Source: Trichoplax adhaerens
Lineage: Eukaryota > Animalia > Placozoa
Assembly (NCBI RefSeq): GCF_000150275.1
Contig: NW_002060967.1
Coordinates: 558,001 to 622,000, forward strand
Length of the DNA: 64,000 bases
Direction of reading: 5' to 3'
The notes under the pieces were generated by a model, which saw only the letters and a list, made by a program, of their open reading frames with translations, did not search any database and was not told the DNA's origin. Of the stretch, positions 59,480 through 64,000 are shown one piece after another. The number at the start of each line of letters is the position of its first letter. Position 1 is the first letter of the stretch. Both the position numbers and the translations under genes were made by a program.

Positions 59480-62400
59480 TTACATTATTTCCGATTGATG
59501 CTTAAGGGTGTTCATTTTGAAGTCTTGAAGCTAAATTAAATAGTATACATTTAATGTTACTGAAAATATGAAACATATCTTTAATTGCTGATGCATGTGC
59601 ATGTTCAACCATTAATAAAATTATTCACAAATAGATTACGCATAAGTGCAATTTACTTTCTCAACTGAGATAATGTTAGCTATCAAAAATATTGGTAATA
59701 AAATAGTCTACAAATACGTCAAAGTTTAAATTTAGTACTAAATGATATTGTCAAAGTTTGTATTTTCAAACACGGCATTTTGTAAAATCAATAGGTATTT
59801 CATGTGCTGTTACAAAACAGCTTTGCAATAAGATAACGTAATGCACGATCAATCAGTCCATTCCCTGAACCACGCATCAGGGAGCAGTATCTACTCTTTC
59901 AGGAACTCTTTCCCTATACTAGTAGACTACTAAAAGACTTAGACTCCTCGTATCTTACGTTAAACACTAATCATAAGAACTCACTTCATTATATAATTTA
60001 TCGTATTTATATACTCTTTTACAATAGCAAAGACATCCTGGTTAGTATTATTAACATTGAAACCTGATAATGAATCAAAAGCTAATTTTATCTACTGCTC
60101 CATAATGTAGACAACAGTATTTACGAACATAGACATCGAATGACTAATACAAAATTGTCAGATTACAATATGTCCTATCTCGGAACATTTCTACGATAAT
60201 CTACGATCTACTATTAGTAAATTACAATCACAGTGATTTGAATGGTAAGAAGATTATTCTCACTTCCCTAATTAAGCTACTAGTTTCAGTAGGCCGTATA
60301 TATATATCACCATAAAAGCTAGTGCTATATTTAAATATCACATATCTAAATTAGAAACTCATCATATAAGGGTAAATCAACAAAATTATCCTAACATAGA
60401 TGTCTCTACTATAATCTCGATATTACAGTGTATAACACTGTAACATGCGCCTAACCACATTTTAACATTTAAGAATACACCATGTTTATATATTGATTTC
60501 ACCACATAAAAAATTTCATTATTAGGAGAAAGATCAGACAGAATTTGCTGAAATTTGCAGATGATTGCACTAAACTTCTTAAATATTGATTCAATTTTGT
60601 AACAACTTACCCAACCTATAATTTCCAACCAGGAGTCGTTATGACCAGTTGATTTATGACTTCTATCGCGTGTACTGTGTTTGCTTACAACGTTACTCTC
60701 TATTTTTGACTGGCAATATGTGATGATCTCATCACATAGTAGTAGAATACAATTCAAATCCTCCATCGATGCAGCTGCGAAACTGGGAAATTGCATATTG
60801 TCACCAAATATTTTGGCGGATGTAAAGTCGCCTAGTAGGCACTTAATCAGACCCTGTTGATTGAAACATTAGAAATAGGGCTTAAATCGAAAGTATAGTT
60901 AATTACGCTAAGTTAAATAATCTCAGAATTTTAAATAATTAAACGCGCTTTAAGCTAAAATTTACTCTAATTGTGCTAAGTTAGAATCCAATACAAAAGC
61001 GTAGCATTCAACGTACATTACGAAATTAAATACCATCAAAAGAAAAAAATATCATCTTCATAATCTTATTGCAGGCTATCAGTCATGCGTATTATTTACT
61101 AGTATTACCGCTTAACTTGAATAAATACTAAATATGTCCGAAATTAAAACAAGAGCTACTAAGAGCACAAATTATTAACTCTTAGTAGCGTAAAACTCAA
61201 CACCAAATAACAAATTATAAATACGTGAGTAATGTGAAAGTTCAACAGATGTTGATTCCCCAAATCATGATTACAATTTAAGGATGTGCGTTGATGCGTA
61301 CCGATACTTATCACATCTGTACGCAGTAAAAACAACCTACAACATGAACTTTAAATAAATTAGACTATTCAAGCAGTTCTAATAGTATTCATGTTACATT
61401 TTATATATTAATTAATGCATAGTCTTTTACTAACGTACCGTACCTCATCAATGATAACAATAAATATTGTGCGAGAGTTGATATTGCCGTGGATAATTAA
61501 ATTAGCTCGCAACGATTTTACAGCTTTTAAAAGATCATTAAAAATTTGTTTAATAGATTCTGGAGTCAAGTATTCAGATTTGTTACACAGTAATTCGCGT
61601 AGAGTGGCTATTTCTTCACCAGGCAGCGAGTAACATACCATTCTGAAAAAATGTTTCATGTGCATGCAAGTAAATTTTGACACGCATTATTTTCTCTAGA
61701 TATTTATAATTGGTATTATACAAGCTTATTTTTTTAAACGTGCTATTTACAGCTATCTATAAGTAAAGTTTATTACCTATGGCACTATTCCGGTTTGACT
61801 ATAAAATAATTATTGTATAAATAGATTATGTGATAACTACTTACCGTTTACTTTGTAATTTTGCTGGAATCTTGAATCTATGGCTTTCTATTTTAAACTT
61901 AGGACGCTCTAATGCCCAAAGGCATTGTAGTATGTTCTCTACTCGCATTTCTTGTAGTTTAATATGACAATAAAACTGCTTCTCCTTCTTCCAATCTCCA
62001 GCCTCTTTCTCACTGTAATACTTGAGCCATGCAGTTGTGCTTTCTTTATTGCTCTGATAGATGAGTTTAACTTTGAAATAGTTCTGTGTGGTAACAGAAG
62101 TTGAAGAATTTACCCCTTGGCTTGGTATTTTTTTATGCTACGTCAACAATTCTATGAATTTTGTCCCTTAGTGAAGTTATCTGATGCAACTTTATACCAT
62201 AAGAGCAATATTGAATTTAATAACTTCTATGCAATTAACATGTAATATTTCCGCACTATTAACTTACAGATGAAACAAAATCTGCTGCAGCAGTCCGAGC
62301 AATAGATATTTTTTCAAGGCATTTCGTCTTCTGATCTAATAAGAAAGACAACATGATATAAAAGATAACTTTAACATTCCATACTCACAAATCATATGAA

Positions 62401-63859
62401 TAAGAATACCATTGTGCAATGTTTCGCATTCTATATTCATGTTGTCAAGGTGCATCGTAAAACTCGACTAAATCCAATTACTTCTTGTGATAGCGAGCGA
62501 TACTTAATTTATCTTTCAAAAAGACTCAATAATCGTCTTCTTCACGATATTTCAGTTCTTGTAAGTATAAAACTACTGGTGCAATAGAAACTGCATTTTG
62601 CATGATAATTATGAGTGATCATAAATTCTGCCTTCGTACTATTGTTTACAGTTTTGTGTATTAGCTATTGGAATAGTAAGCTATCGTGAAAATGAAAGTA
62701 AGTTAATGATTTAGATATCTATTGTATAAATGGAAGTGTACCTTCGAAACATGTCACAGTTAATATTGAGCGTTTCAGATAATCTTACTCCAACTTACTT
62801 CCAATTTGATAGTAAGACCGATCTTGAAGTAAATCTTTACTACTGGCCCATTTTACCTTATCACAGCAGTTTCCAAGAGATCTTACAATTCTAATAGAAC
62901 GATCTAAAAATGTTTGAGTGAACATCGTGTAAATTATTGGATTAATACACGAATTAAGCGGTAAAGATAAGACAGCAATAAATGGCAATACATGAGTGTC
63001 CAACTCAGAGTTGATTAAGCCGATAATCAGAATAGCATAAAACGGAAGCCAGCATATAAGATCAGTAGCTACAATAGTAATCATCTTTGCTACAATTATT
63101 TTATCTAATCTGGAAATTTGAACATTTGCCTCGCGACGAGATTTTGCTAATGTAATAATAATGCCAGAATACATAATGCTGATGATAGCCCAAGCCAAGA
63201 ATGTTACACCGCAATAACATAAAAGCCATAATAATAGATAAGGATTGCTAATATTACCGGGCAAACAAGCCCCATTAACGCTATGCAAACGATTATTAGG
63301 TGTCTGATTAAAACCATAAATTATTGGTAAACCTGTAAATACGGCAGAAATTGCCCAAACAATAAGGAAGATATTGAATATCTGTCTGTAGGAAAGACGA
63401 TAATTTTGAAACGGATAGACTAAATATAAGTAACGATCCAGTGTTATAAGAAAAATGACCAATGTCGACACGAAAGTAGAAATTGAGACTAGAAAAGAAC
63501 ATATTGAGCAAACTGTACTCCGTAACCAAACTTCGTGGTATTCAGCATAGACTCCAGAAAAGTAGATGTTGGCTGATGCGATAGTTGTCAAGTAAATACC
63601 CATCAGCAAATCTGCTGTTGACAGATTAATAATTAAAGATCTGACAATAATATAGTCCTTGTTTTTCCCATTTGTATGCCATATAATTGAAACGATATTG
63701 CCAATGATGGACAGGACTCCAATTAGCCAAATGAAAACTCGTAGTACTCCATGTGATAAAATATCTGAGCAAGTTGATAAACTGAACTGATCTGGTAAAG
63801 GCTGGCAAATAGTTACAGATCTTCCAACGTAACAACATAGATAATCGAGAGTTGAAAGT
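59480..63859 (-). CDS. Type C LGR (RXFP/GRL101-like) GPCR with C-terminal TGF-beta-receptor-like pseudokinase domain; 5' (ectodomain) exons lie beyond the window
   Basis: Exon 62799-63859 encodes hinge YLCCYV..CQPLPDQFSLSTCSDIL..LRVFIW..GN, NLSTADLLMGIY, TLDRY, TDLICWLP and LPLNSCINPIIY. Phase-compatible exons 62268-62335, 61845-62137, 61444-61642 and 60611-60853 carry AWLK, WKKE, ENIL, HGNINSR and LGDFT. The last exon 59480-59530 is tentative; read-through would stop at 60386. Confidence 0.8.
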
Positions 63860-64000
63860 CTAGTATCAACAAAGAACTTACAGTCAATGCAATCATTTTT
63901 TAAGTTACATTCATGTTGGTAAAATATTTAACATTTATTAGCATTTCAGTTTCTGCATAATTGTTCTAAATAGTATTAAATATTAAGCAATATTATTTAG

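Overview
AT-rich, intron-dense eukaryotic (metazoan) DNA. The short GT-AG introns, compact genes and gene content suggest a placozoan such as Trichoplax, but that is inference. Genes spliced by hand: ATG16L1 (minus, 3' end runs off the window), PIN4/parvulin-14 (+), an intronless class A GPCR (-), a secreted, probably GPI-anchored Xaa-Pro aminopeptidase (XPNPEP2-like, +), thymidylate kinase DTYMK (-), and a tandem cluster of small secreted intelectin/fibrinogen-related-like genes (two intact, one pseudogene, one orphan upstream copy). The right end holds the 3' part of a type C LGR (RXFP/GRL101-like) GPCR. Its 7TM exon splices in frame into further exons encoding a degenerate kinase domain most like TGF-beta/BMP type II receptor kinases. 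This GPCR-pseudokinase chimera is the top candidate for an undescribed system. Non-genic features include at least four solo LTRs with intact 5-bp target-site duplications (two form a 400-bp inverted pair), a ~210-bp tandem array with alternating A/B units between divergent ATG16L1 and PIN4, a 118-bp tandem repeat, local duplications, and two paralogous decayed coding relics with Mab-21/cGAS-like motif remnants in and upstream of ATG16L1. No tRNA, rRNA or CRISPR features were recognised.
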